Positions 50,647 to 63,100 of a stretch of 64,000 nucleotides of DNA are shown here, piece by piece. The position numbers were made by a program, and so were the translations under genes. Positions within the stretch are counted from its first letter, which is position 1. Each line of letters opens with the position of its first letter. Under the pieces are notes generated by a model. The model saw nothing but the letters and a program-made list of their open reading frames with translations, did no database searches and was not told the DNA's origin. Source of the DNA: Bilabrum cf. latius (Eukaryota); NCBI GenBank assembly GCA_965178125.1, contig OZ237742.1, positions 558,001-622,000 of the forward strand, written 5' to 3'.

Positions 50647-53600
50647 TCACACGGCAGGACCAGAGTAAGCAAACACTGAGTTCCACCATTCGAGCGTTTG
50701 CCGCATGTACGCGATGAGCATCGCGACCACCCAGCCTAGCAGCGGCACAGACCGAGCGCCACCCTCGGCACGCAGCATCGCCGCCCTTGTAACCAGCCCG
50801 AATAGCGGAGACCGCAGCAAATACATCGCCCAGAGATTCTTCCGCCGCCGCGCAAGCTCGTCGAGCTCCGATGGCCGCAATGTGCCGCCATGCACCGCTT
50901 CAGGGATCCCGCTCCCACGCCCGTCCGCCCCCTCGGCCCCGGCCAGTGCAGCCACCCTCACCTGGTTTGAAAGCCGCATCACGACGCGCAGCAGCAAGGA
51001 TATTCTTCCAGGGGAAGCGCCACTTGATCGAGGCACCCGCACGCCGCCAGCCGCCCCCCCGTCCTCCTCACCAAGCCCGCCGCCAGGAGCGCCGCCCCCC
51101 ACGACGAGCCCTGCGAACCGCCGCGCCGCAGATACCATCGCCCCAACCGACGGAACCTGCTGCACCAGAAGTCCTACTGGGTCAATCGCGAGCGCGGTCG
51201 CCGGCAGCGCCAGCACCTCGTGACCTGCAGCGGCCTCCTAGGCGGAATACGGGCTAGCAAAACGACCTGCAGCACCAAGGCTGGTGGCCGTCCTGCCCAC
51301 TGGTACCGTCGGCTGCGCAGTGTGACGAGCACCCACGAGGACGCCCAGCTGCCTAAGCCCTGCCTTTGCAGCGTCTCCTGCCGCGCGCAGAAGTCCTCTG
51401 ACAGGCCTGCCCCTGGCAACGTCGACGCTCTTGCGGGTGACATACCTAGCCGCAACGTCCATCGCAAGGAGAGTTAGCAACGGAGACCAGGCGCGCCTGC
51501 CCGTCCGCTTCACCATAATTGCATAAACTAGCGGCCTGGCGATCCAAAGAATCTCGCCGAGCAATCGAACGGGCGCCGCGGATGCTTCCGTGTCTCCCGG
51601 GCCCAGGCCATCCCTCCACCCCGCTGATGGGCCTGCTGCTTCTGGTGCGTCGCTTCGGGTCCCACTACTACCGCCCTGAGCGCGCCCCCGCTGCTGCTGC
51701 TGCTGCTGCTGCTGATCACCTAGAGATGCCGGCCTCGAGGCGCCGTTGGAAGTAGAGGCAGCCGCAGAGGCAGAGGAGCTGCCGTCCCATCCACCCAACG
51801 GAGGCAGGTCCGAGCTCGCCTCTGACATAAAGGACGACTCCAGCTGCTGGTCAGGGGACTGCTCAGCCTCAGGTCCGGAAGGCGAGGCCCCGTCCCCTGC
51901 AGCAAGCCCGTCGCTCCCATCAGAATCGTCGCTTTCCCATCCTCCCGTCGACAGCGTGGTGACCGAGCCCCGGTCTGCCCGCGCTACAGACTCTGCTGCA
52001 GCTGCAGCGTCTCCGTAGATCCTCTCCGCATCGCTTGGCCCAGAGAGAGCGATAGCATCAGCAACAGATGCGCCACCTAGCTCTCGAGCCGCGGCTTCTG
52101 CCCTTCTGGCTGCCGAAGAAGCCACGAACGGGATCGTAGTTCCAGTCCTGCTGCCCCTCCAGTACCTGACGCGAGGCGTGCTGGGATCCACGCGCTGCGA
52201 CACGTCCTAACTGGAAGGTGCTGCAAGGCCAGACGATCGACTGCTACCCCCGCCGCTGACAGATGACTCCGCAGGATCGCTCGAAGGTGCTTCCTCCACC
52301 GCACCTCGGCTCCCATCACCTGCCTCTCCCGCCCACGCGAACGCGAGCGGGATACCGGCATCTCGAGCAGCCTGGATTGCTTCCTCCGCGGCAGACCGAG
52401 CCCAGCCCGTGTCTGCCTCCCCACCAGCAACCAGAAATCGCCGCGCCAAAGTAGGCCGCTGGCATATTTCAGCCGAGCTGCCGCCCTGCCCAGCCGCAGT
52501 GAGGCCTCCACTGGCAGCAGCAGAGGGTGCAACTCGGGCCCCCGCTGAATCGGCCAAGGTAGTGTCCCTCCCGTCCCTTCGCTCGCCGAGCAGCAGCAGC
52601 CTGGTGGCAGATAGGACGTCTTCTGCCGCCAGCCCGAGCTCCTTCCCGAACCGACTCCACGGCCCCCTTCGCGGCGTAGCGCGGCGGGGCCTAGCGCCAG
52701 CACCCTCATGCAATGCACCTGCATCACCGACTGCGTGCACCCTCCTGATGAGAAGCGACAGCCTCATGAAGAATCGCACGAGTTCCAGCGCGACCACCGC
52801 GTTGTCCCTTGTGTCTGACCCACCCAAGAAGCTGCTCCCGACCTCGGCTGCTGCCCCGACGCCACCGAGGGCAGACAGCATCCATCGGAGCTGGACGTCC
52901 CTGGACACCCCGCTGCTAACCTCCCCATTGCGTCCAGCACCAGTAGCTCTCGCAGACCCAGCCCGGCTTGCAGCTTCAGGCGAAGCGCCCAACGACTCAG
53001 AGGCAGGCAAGGGGGGGCCGGACGATCCAAGCACGCCCGAGCGACGGGCACCGCGCCGGGCGTGGCGCAAGCGCGCGGCAGCGCGCCTTGCAGACTCAGC
53101 TGCAGAGAGTTTAGCTTGTTCTCCTGATGCAGCGGATGAATTCTCGGCGGGCTCGTTGGCTTGGGACTGGGCCGGGTCCGATCCGTCCAAGCTCGGTGGC
53201 TGCGATAGCCGTGGACCACACGCAGCGGCGTCTTCGAATTTCCTCGCGGCGACTTCAGCCTCAGCTACCGCGTGCGATCCAGCGGATGATGCTGTTCCAA
53301 CCACCGCAGAGTCATGGAGCTGCTCGAGCAGCCTAGACGCAGCAAACAGAGTCTCGGATAGTGCTTCCGATTCGCCACCCCACGTCGACGGCAGCACGGA
53401 CGGCAAGGCGTACGCGGCGTACTTCATCCACTGCTCCAGCTATCGTGCTGTTTCGAAGTTCGCTGTGGCCCACCTGCCGTACGAGTCCAAAAACTCTTTC
53501 GCAGGGGAGCCAGGGGCGAATGCGATTCCACGAAGCAAGGCTTCAATCCAGCTCTACGGTCGAGACGCAACAGGCTGGCGCCTCGGTAAGGAATTGGGTA

Positions 53601-53778
53601 CGCCTGCCCCACTCGAGCTGTCGCTTGTTTCCTCCTACTTTGGTGCGGTAGACTGCAGTCCAACTCCAACACTGCTCCGGCGCGACTACGCGTACTGCAT
53701 GGCATCATTCGCGGATAGCAGGACTGTCCGGCGCCTTTGCGACCGCGCTCGAGACGTGGAAGAGCGATTGCTACTCAT
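50647..53778 (-). CDS. PEX16: Peroxisomal membrane biogenesis protein PEX16, with long low-complexity insertions
   Basis: N-terminal YGRWATANFETAR*LEQWMKYAAYALP..SEALSETLFAASRLLEQLHD and C-terminal GEILWIARPLVY..AWSPLL..MD, ELARRR..MYLLRSPLF match PEX16 blocks. Three ORF fragments lie in one frame joined by TAG. Stop is TGA; start is ATG 53778 or 53700. Confidence 0.85.
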
Positions 53779-53845
53779 TTCAACTTCAACGATACGTAGA
53801 CTGACGATAACTTCCCGAGGCCAAGCGGCGAGATTTCGTATTTTA

Positions 53846-53893
53846 GTAGCGCCGCGCGCCTACAATAGCGTGAGCGGAACCTAATTTGGCCGC
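53846..53893 (+). repeat. Left terminal inverted repeat
   Basis: gtagcgccgcgcgcctacaatagcgtgagcggaacctaatttggccgc. Confidence 0.85.
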
Positions 53894-54496
53894 CCCGGAC
53901 GGGAATCTGAAACTTTGCGGCACTCGACCTCCGTCCACGATGGGGGCATGGTGATTCTGTTCCTGCAAAAGTGAGTTTCAATGGTATGAAAATCGGATCG
54001 TCCTGCCTGCGCCAGCTGAGGCTCGAAGCGTAGGCCGTTTGCCTGGTGTTCGTGATTTTCGCCGTTTCCTGTCGTCGGCTTGCCGCCCGCTTTTCTCGGG
54101 CTACAGGCAATTTTAGAAAAACTATATCTCCCATATTTTGAATTTTGCCGTGATAAATCGTCTAAGGGCTATCGTTCTCTGTCTCACGCAGATCTCGCGT
54201 AGCCCCCCCGGATTGAATGGAGATGGCAACCGAGCGCGGGCGCACATCTGCCAGCGCCTCTAGCGCAGCCAACTCTGGGTCCACGCTGAAAATTCCTCCG
54301 TTGATTGATGTAAGATATTGATTTTATCCTTTCTAGACCGCATCTGGGGTGATTTTCCGCTCGGAAGCCATCGCCACTACAGCTAGGTCGTAGTTTTTGG
54401 GGTTCGGGGCCGTGCGCGTTTGCACTGCGCTCGGCGTGTCTTGGTGGGGCGATATTTCTGTCGGGTCTATCACTTAGTTCTTGGAGTTTTAAAGAG

Positions 54497-56527
54497 ATGG
54501 GCCGTGTTTCATTGATTTTGAAGATGACCTATTTTTGCAATCGTCGATGCAAGTCGGAGCCTTTTCATGGGCTCGAACTGCGCGATTTCCCATTTTTCTC
54601 ACTTTTGTGGCGATATGTGCAGCCCATTTTTCCACCATCGTGTACGACGCAGAAGTATTATTCTTTAGAGGAGAGCTTGGGGTATGAGAGCGCAGGCACA
54701 CCCGGGACGGGGGCCTCCGCGCTCGGCGTGCTGGCGGCCTGCCTGGTTGCCCTTGGCATGTACGAGTACAACCTCACTGGAACTCGGGATAGCTGCCCCA
54801 CACTTAAAGGACTCGAGGCATGGCTCTAAGGCCGGGCAGGCGACAGAGATGGGGGCATCTGCTTCTTCCGCGCCTGCTTTGTCTGCCGGGTTGCTTCGAC
54901 TGCGGCCGCACAGGCTCCGGGTAAAGGTGCCTCCGGCGGGGCGGACGACGGCTACGCCCCGCCCCCCCCTGACGTGCTTGCGGTGTGCAGGCCCTGAGCG
55001 GGGTGGCGGGGCTGGGCATGAGGGCAGGGCGCGCAAGGCGCCGTCCGTGTCCGTGCTGGTGCTTACTTGGGCTGGGCCTGAGTGTCGCTGCTGGCGGCCG
55101 CGGTGCGGATGGCGACGCCCCTGGTTAAGTTTGTCTCGCAGGAAGACGTCATCTGCGCCACCTGCGACTTGTGCCGACTGCTGTGGTCGCCGAGCCTGAT
55201 GGCGCGTGTCCGCTGCGGCAAGGCTGACAACGAGCGGATGGCGCACAGGGACCCCGAGGACGTGCTGCTTGGGGCCCTCGGGGATGCCGTGCGGCAGGAG
55301 CATGCCGCGCACCGGATGGTTGCCTCGGACTACCTTTCTGTCGCCGAGAGGGGGCGCGACGGAACGGACGGGGACGAGGAGGGGGGCGGGGGTGGTGGCG
55401 AGGAGGACGAGGAGGGGGGCGGGGGTGGTGGCGAGTAGGAGGGGGAGGCGGACGGGGGCGGTGGCGAGGAGGAGGTGGAGGGAGGGGCGGGGTTGGGCGA
55501 GGATGAAGGGGCTGTAGAGGAGGAGGAAGAGGCGGACGAGGACGCGCGCCGCATGGCAGGCCTCCGGCGGGATCTGGCGGGCACCGTGGTGGTGCGCCTG
55601 CGGATACAGGCCTGTTGCCTCGAGGGCATGGTGCGGCTGGTATTCCTGCTGCCACTGCTGCTGGCTGAATGTGACGACGGGCTGCATACCGGAGGGCTTG
55701 CGTTGCAACCGGAGGAGGTGCGGGCCTCGTGGCGGGTACGGGTCGACACCACTGTCACCAAGTGGCTGCTGATCGCCCGCACCACCATCGGAACAGGGAG
55801 CGGGGGCAGAGCAGGTGCGGCTGCAGTGGCACCGCAGCAGCAGCAGTCGCAATCAGATCTGGTCGCAATCGGATGCCGCCCCTGCGAGTGGCTCGAACTC
55901 TGCCTCGGACGGCACCAGCAAGGGGCGGACGAGGGGCAGCCGGTGGGGGGGGAAGGGGCGCACGGGCAACAGGGGGGGGGCATTGGCAACAAGGGGAGGG
56001 TCAGGGACGGAAGTCGAAGGCGGCGGGAGGCGCTTGCCGTAGAGGGCGAGGCAGGGGGTGGGTCCAGCAGCGAGGACGAGTACGAGGAAGGCTTGGCGGA
56101 CGCCTCGAAGCGGTCCCGTGACCCCCAGCACCGGTCCTCTCGCAGATCGAGCCGAAGGAGGCTTCCCACGCAAAAGGGAATGGACTACCAAGAGACGTTT
56201 GCGAGAGCCATGGCGGAGGGCCGGGGGTGGCTCCGCGACGGGAGCGACGAGGACGAGGGGGGCGCGGCGGCCGCCGTGGCGGGCGACGGGGATGCAAAGG
56301 GCGCGGCTGCCGCGATGATGGACGCAGAATACGGCGGCGATGTCGTCCCCGATCCGGTGGGCGAGGAAATTCCCGATTCCGAGGCGCAGATCGACGCCGA
56401 GGGGGAAGACGCGGAGGACGCGCCTCTGGCGGCCAGGGGGGCGGCGGCTGTGTTGGCCAGCAAGCAGCTCTAGGCGTTCGACGCGATCGGAGGGAAGAAG
56501 CCCCCCTTGCTGCCAGACCCAGAGTAA
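54497..56527 (+). pseudogene. Degraded ORF of unknown function inside the TIR element
   Basis: ORFs 54497, 55082 and 55475 share a frame but are broken by TAA (54827) and several TGAs. Cys-pair motifs (CATCDLC, CRPC) and E/G-rich tracts are present. No transposase motif was recognised. Confidence 0.5.
55373..55438 (+). repeat. 33-bp tandem duplication encoding DEEGGGGGGEE
   Basis: gacgaggaggggggcgggggtggtggcgag(g/t)ag, two copies. Confidence 0.8.
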
Positions 56528-57095
56528 GACATCTGAGCGCCCTACAGGCTCTGGGGGCCGCGGGAGCGACGGCCTGGCGAGGCCTGCCAGGGCAGCAGCG
56601 GGGTGGCGGGACCCGTTCGGGTCGAAAGTCGGCACTTCTCCGCCCGGTCGGGGGTGCCCCTTCGGTTCGTGTGATAGATAAGCGATAGAACAACAGGCTC
56701 CGCTCACGCGCATGCGGATGCAGCCGCTGGGACGGCCTGCAGACGGCCGCGAGCGCGTTTGGACGGGCCACCTAGAGAGGCTCCTTGCGCCCGAACCAGC
56801 GCCACCCAGCCTCTCACACGAGCACAATCGAATGAACATACCATAAAGAGCAACATATCAAAAATCTGTCTTTAAGGGTGTTTAAGGAAAAAATTGACGG
56901 GCCCGCACGTACCGGCTGCAGTCGGCGAGACAGTCGCGCCGCGCCGCCGGCAAATTTTCTGCCGCCGATCAAATCCCGGCGCAATCGACGCATACAGTCA
57001 CAAAGAATATAGTAGGAGCATTTTTTCTCGCATAATTTCTCCCCGCCCGCTCACAGGCGCCCAGACGTGATCCGGGCGCCCCGCCGGCCGCGCGC

Positions 57096-57143
57096 GCGGC
57101 CAAATTAGGTTCCGCTCACACTAATGTAGGCGCGCGGCGCTAC
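57096..57143 (-). repeat. Right terminal inverted repeat
   Basis: gcggccaaattaggttccgctcacactaatgtaggcgcgcggcgctac is the reverse complement of 53846-53893 with 2 mismatches. Confidence 0.85.
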
Positions 57144-57231
57144 CGTTTTCCGATTTACTTGGTATCCACGCGTTACAATGTGCCAAACTGCAACTGCGCG
57201 GTTCACACAGTTGAATGGCAATTACGAGATA

Positions 57232-60063
57232 ATGAAACGGTTTATACCACACTTTTTCCTTTGGGCATTGAATTAGTACGCAAATGCCTCCTGTATTGCC
57301 TAGTGGGATGTACAAGTACCACCTTGCGTTGCTCCTGATGATATCTCGGCGGCTCGATGCGGATTTCAGTATTCAGGGATTGAGCTCGGCCAAAACCTGT
57401 CATTGTCTGTGAAATTTGTCACAAATAGTAGCTTTGATCCAGAACGCGTGATGTGGTCATCATCAGGTGGGCCTGCAGGGACCGGAATGACCATGCTCGA
57501 TGCAAAGGTCGTGGGCCCTGCATCCGTGTCTGCCACAGCTGTGGCATCGAGAGCAGGCACATACGTAGTCTCTGTAGCGCACCCCAACTGTAGCATATCA
57601 TCCCTACCTGTCGTAGCATGGCAAGGCTATAAGGTGCAAGGCGTCGAACCACACAACAAGGCGTCCCTCCCAAGCAATGAAGAGCTATTCTTTCCGTTCG
57701 ACGTGCCGTGGAACGGCTCGAATTTGAACTCTTCGCTGTCAGCCGCATTTTGGGTAGAAGCCGCGGGCCCTACCGGCTCGCTGGGCCCGGTCCGTGTTTC
57801 GGATTCGGGCCACTTCGAAGCTAGCGGCACGGGCAGTCGCGTGCGTCTCTGGGGTGCCAACCTCGTGGCCGGCGCTGCCATCCCCCCCAAGGCCTTTGCA
57901 GATGGAATAGCCCGGAAGGTGTCATCCTCTGGATTCAACGCAGTTCGCTTCACGATGATAGACTAGAACTGGGCGGGCACGAGTGCACTCGATGCTACGA
58001 TTGTAAGCAGCGACAGGGTGCACCTGAATGCAACCATGCTGGACCGCCTGCATTTTGTCATGGCAAGCTTGAAGCAACGAGGGGTGTATTGGCACCTGCC
58101 TCTACACTTTGGGCGCACGTACTGCAACTTTACTGCAGCCAGGACCGGTTCGGCATTCCTATCTGCCGATAGGGACCCGTACTCCAACGCCGCCAACCCT
58201 TGCCCTGAGATCACAACGTTTGACAAGGCCGTCGCAATGGTCATCCCCGAGGCGCTTGAGTCACAAAAGCGGTTTGCGATGGCTCTTCTCAACTCATCAA
58301 ATCCATACACAGGCCGCACAATCGTGTCGGATCCGGCGCTTGCAGTCGTTGAGCTCTCGAACGAAGACAGCCTTACCATGTACTGGAGCTGGGGGGCCAT
58401 CGATAAAGCCTCTTTGCAATACCCTGACCTGCAGCGCCACCTTGAGCTCAAGTGGACGGCTTGGTAGCTCCAACCGGGACCCCATGGCCAGATTATTGGC
58501 GGTTGCAAGCCGGCTGACCACCCCGAGGACCCATGGGGATCCGTGCTTGCCAGGTCGCAGTTCAACAGTGCCAGCAAGCTGTAGCGGGAATGCTGGGTGG
58601 CGTTCCTCGCTGACATGGAGGTGGCATGGGCTGATGCCATGGGTGCTCTACTCAGAAATGAGCTAGGCTACAATGGCCCCATCGTGGCATCACAGGCCCA
58701 GAACCTTCCTGCTAGCGTCTCGGCTCTCGCTGCAACTGTCGATACCGTTGGTGTGCATGGATACTGGGGCGTCGGCAGGTCGCCACCGCCAGGAGACAAG
58801 ACAAGGTGGGTGACGAACATTCCTCAGGCCGGATATCATTCAGGGGGGGTCTTTGGTGCAATGGCGACGTATCGCGTCCATGGGATGCCGCTGATTGCCT
58901 CCGAGACCAACACGGCCCACCCGAGCACGTACGGGGCCGAGCATGCCCTTGAGTTGGCTGCTATGATGCGGGCACAGGACTGGGACGGAGCCTACATCTA
59001 CGCGCTGTCTATAGCGTTCAAGGAAGAGATATAGAACTATCCAGCGGCGGGAATGGATCCCCCCATGGTCATCTAGCCGGAGCAAGACCTCGGCGATGCC
59101 ACGAGGACAACCCAACTCGTGGCTGCCAGCCGATTCGCGCTGGATCCGAGGCAACCATCTCTACCGCGTGGCAAAATACCTGTGCAAAATGAGAATGTGA
59201 GAGCAATGGGCGTGAATGAGACGGTGGTTGCCGCATTGATTCGTCGGATAGTGGCAAGGAACCTGGCAGACGGAGCCAGGTACCGAGGGACGATGGTGTC
59301 GGGCGCAGACTCTGGAGCAACGAATGCTAGCCGGGCATGGACTGAAATGCAAAGCTGGCCAATACTTGAATCTACTCATGGTAGATGCCACGTTGGCAGC
59401 AATTGCACGAGGCCAGGTGACTACGGCGGTCGGCTGGTACAGATCGAGCCGTACGAGTGGACGACCTCCAGCACGCAGCAAGCCTTGTTTGCGGCGAGAG
59501 GGCCAGCGTCTGCCATAGTGGCGGGCACCCTGACAGGGTACTTGAACGAATCTGGGCTGCCTTTCATCTAGCTGGCCCCGGGGCTATATGTCCGGCCAGG
59601 GCTGTCTTCGGGGCGAGCAGGGGACCTCCTCGAAGGGGGTCCTGCTGGTACTGGCAGTGGCGGCACAGACGGATCTCAGGGTTTTCTCATTGTCTCAGCT
59701 GCATGCATGGATGGAGATTCAGGGTGGTACGTTTCGCTTGCAAATTGCTCCCAGATTCTCGTCGCGGCTACCGGGGGTGGATGGCAGAATACCGGCATGC
59801 AGTTTGCTGTGTCGGACAGGGGCGGGGTGGTCGGCCCGGACAACGACCACTGGGCACAACCTCCAGCGCTTTTCGAAGTTGCAAACGTGACATTGTGTGG
59901 GTTTGCAAGCCCTGCCAGTGGTGAGCCAGAATGGACTGCGCTGCCTCTGGATGGGAGTGGAAAACCAATGGCGCACGGCCCAGGGTAGAAATCCACCGAG
60001 TGCTTGGACCTGGCTGGGTCGTCGGAGCGGACGCTGTGGTGGTCTGTGCAACGCTCTACTTAA
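57232..60063 (+). CDS. Secreted clan GH-A (GH5-like) glycoside hydrolase, bacterial-type
   Basis: ATG 57232 gives a signal-peptide-like MKRFIPHFFLWALN*YANA. Motifs: RVRLWGANL, GFNAVRF, LDRLHFVMASLKQRGVY, NPYTG..DPALAVVELSNE (acid/base), PLIASETN (nucleophile), QDWDG. Five ORF fragments lie in one frame joined by TAG, and the gene ends at TAA 60061-60063. Confidence 0.8.
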
Positions 60064-60122
60064 ATCGTTTGCGTGCGCTGGTCATAAATCGACCGCAATC
60101 TGGGTTGGATAGACTCTATCGC

Positions 60123-63100
60123 ATGCGTCCACTGCACGCACCGGTTGCGACCAGCGCTGCACGGTTGCGACCGCTCCAGCGTCAAACGAATAGATTCAGT
60201 TTTGACCGACATCTGGAATATCTAGTTCACTAGCCACCCATTTCCATGAAAAAAGTTGAACCAGACCCTTCACGACTTGTGATATCGGCTGAGGCATTTC
60301 AGCTGGCGCCACCAGCTCCCTCAACCCTAGCTGCCGTCCTACGTGCTTCGAATGAGTTTGAGAAGGCATCTGGGGCTGCAATGCAGGTCTTGGAGCAGTA
60401 GTTCATGATCAAAGGGTGCAGATCAACTTTGAATCCTGCCGAGTGGCCACGCATACGTGATGAAGTTGTGAGAGCTTGTGCTGATAATTCATCCAAGTCG
60501 CAGTCAGTTCGATACGGCGGCATCAGTGGAGTTTTGAACAACGGCTTTAGCAAATCAGTACTTGATGCACGAGATTCGTTGCGGGTGGAAGCTGCCTAGG
60601 CGCTCTGCGAACGTGACGGTACTGCAGACGTTGGCAAGCGGTCGCAGCAGACTTCAAGTGCAGCTTCCTTCCGGCATGAGGATCAGTTTCAAATGGTTCC
60701 AGACGAGCTTGATGCCGCTAACATGTGGTTCAAGCATCTATCGACTCTGTATCGAACGGCTACTAGACCAGATGAAACCGTGAAGGGACCGTCTGGACCT
60801 GCAGCAACGACCAGTGCGTATGCTACGGGTGCAGCGGCTCGGACCGGACTTTCAACCAATGCTGCATCCGATCACGACAGAACCGAGTCCGAGGCAGCTC
60901 CGCTTACCGCAGCTGCTGGTTCGAGCAATTCTGTAGTCCGAGAGCAACCGCGTGCCGGCTCGAAGCGCGCCTCGGTCAACATTTTGAAAGCCGCCAGGGC
61001 CCTGGTCGAATCCGAGGAACGGCGCCGGCAGTCTCCGGCCGAGCAGGCAGCGCGTGAGGCTAGTAGCCTTCCAAAGGTGCGGTTGCCCAGGGTGCTCGCT
61101 TGCAGTGAGGTTGGCATGAAAACATTCACGCTGGAGGCTCCAGGTGACGTGAGGAGGCACATGGACGCAAACCAGGCAAGGCTACCCGATACCAATGAAA
61201 GAAGGAAAAGCGCAGTGCTGCATGGACCCTTGATCGATGTTGTTTCTGCGAAGGATGGCTCAGGACGTGGCACGGGTGGCGAATCGCTTGCCGCTGCTGA
61301 ATCGCGACAGGCGCACCGGCGTGCTAGATCGCGTGCTTTCGACCGTCCCAAAGACATTGATCACTTGCTTCCATCAGACTGGGACATGGTTACCAACGCG
61401 GTCGCTCATGCGGGATCCTCCCGATTTCAAAGGGTTAGGCTTGGGGTGGTGCCGCAGAAACTGAAGGCGTTGCTGCAGGCAGGCCGCATGAGATTCAGGC
61501 TGAGAGAACCAATTGTGTTCTGCAAGGACCCTAGCACGCAGGTGATTCACAAGATTGCAGATGATGCGTAGCTTGACAAGGCAAAGAGGGCAGCGGCTGC
61601 GTTTTTTATATCCTTGGGTCACGTGCACCGCAAGCTCAATGGTTGCCTGGAGGTGCTCAGACAGGTCCAGCCGCAGCGGCTCGTGGCCTCTCAGCTGAGA
61701 TCTTCGCAACTGTCGCTCAGCGGGCACGACAATCGGGAAGAAAAGGCGATGGATCGCGAGGAAGAGATCAAAAGGGATTTTGTTGCGAGGCGGGCGGCGC
61801 TACGGGAAGTGCACGCCATGGTCTGGCTGCCACCCATGAGGCGGAGACTTATCAATGAGGTGCTTCCGGTGCTTCTAGCTAATGCCGCGGCTTTTTGCAC
61901 GCACAGTAGCGAAGAAATTGGGTTGCCAAGGTCCTGGCCTCGATTGAACCATGACCCTCTCCATGATCCACGCATGCAAGGCAAGCTGTCGAGCGCTGGC
62001 TCGCATGATCTCGTAGCACGATTTTCGATGGCAGTCCGATGCTTCCGCGTGATTGCTGCACTGCTAGTTGCTACTGCTGGGATGCATGGCAAGGAATCGG
62101 CTTCTGATGCGAGCTCTAGATCAGCCTCAGATCCGCATTCGTAGCGAAAGTCAGAGTCAATGGCTGGCCTGCAACGCACAGAGCAGCAGGCCTGCGTTGT
62201 AGAGCAGTGGACCCTGCCTACAATTTGCGTTGCGCTTGGCGTTGCGGAAAAGATGCTAGCAGTCGGGACAAAGATGCAGTCGCAGCGTTACAGAGAGGTG
62301 TATGAGCAGGGTGGAGACACAGCAATGGATGAGGTTGGCACTGCGGAGAGCCAGCCGGGGCAGCGCGCTCGTGGGCAGATGAACCCTGCCGACGACAGCA
62401 CTCCTTCGCACGCCCCAAAACAAACAGCTTCTCCAGTCGCCCATTCCAACTCCAGTCTCGATTGCATGCATGATCGTCATGTTTGCGAGGCGATGGAATT
62501 CGTTGCACTCCTTGGTAGGGCCCTAACATGCTCTCCTGTTGGCTTCCGTGTTCTGCTTCGCTCCGGCGATGGAGACCCGCACAGCCCCAAAGCCCTGGCT
62601 AGAACCGCGCTGGCGCTTGTACTACGCAGCTGGAGCTGGAGCCATGATGCATTTGCTCGGGTTTCTGCAGAGCTGCCTTTGCTTCCCGCTCACCCGGACA
62701 AGCCGCAGCACTGGGCAGCAGTGCCTCCCGCCAGCAGACCCTCGGCCTCGAGCTGGCAGCTAGACCCCGGCAGCGACAGCGATGATGAAGCCAGCGCTTC
62801 CATTCCGTTCTAGGGCTATGAAGGGATTAAGAGTTGGGCAGCTCCTGGAAGGCGGGGTCGCTCGGGCCGGAGAGGCTCGATTCTGGAGAAGAGGCACGTG
62901 CGACGCCAACTATTCGCACTGGAGTCCTCGAGATGCACTCGACAGCTGGTTGCCGAGACACTAGGTGCTGCGATGGCTCATGATTAGTTGCAGACCAACA
63001 GAATTTTGTCTTCGGTAGGAGGCATGGGTTGGCGGAATCTAGGTCCGATCTCTGCGGCTGTGCCTGACAGGACGGCGTCAGAGTCTGCCGCCTTTGCCGC

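Larger units (their letters stand above)
53846..57143. mobile_element. Putative non-autonomous TIR DNA transposon (~3.3 kb)
   Basis: 48-bp inverted repeats at 53846-53893 and 57096-57143 are 46/48 identical. A TA target duplication is possible if the termini are 53849/57140. The GC- and purine-rich interior carries a decayed ORF. Confidence 0.7.

Noticed and set aside
52409-53884. Long antisense ORFs (491 aa here, and many similar elsewhere)
   Set aside because: These are shadows of GC-rich coding sequence on the opposite strand.
55436-55438. TAG aligned with GAG in a tandem repeat, suggesting UAG=Glu
   Set aside because: It lies in a decayed ORF that also has TAA/TGA breaks. A single G>T mutation explains it, and the poly-Q and PEX16 evidence favour Gln.
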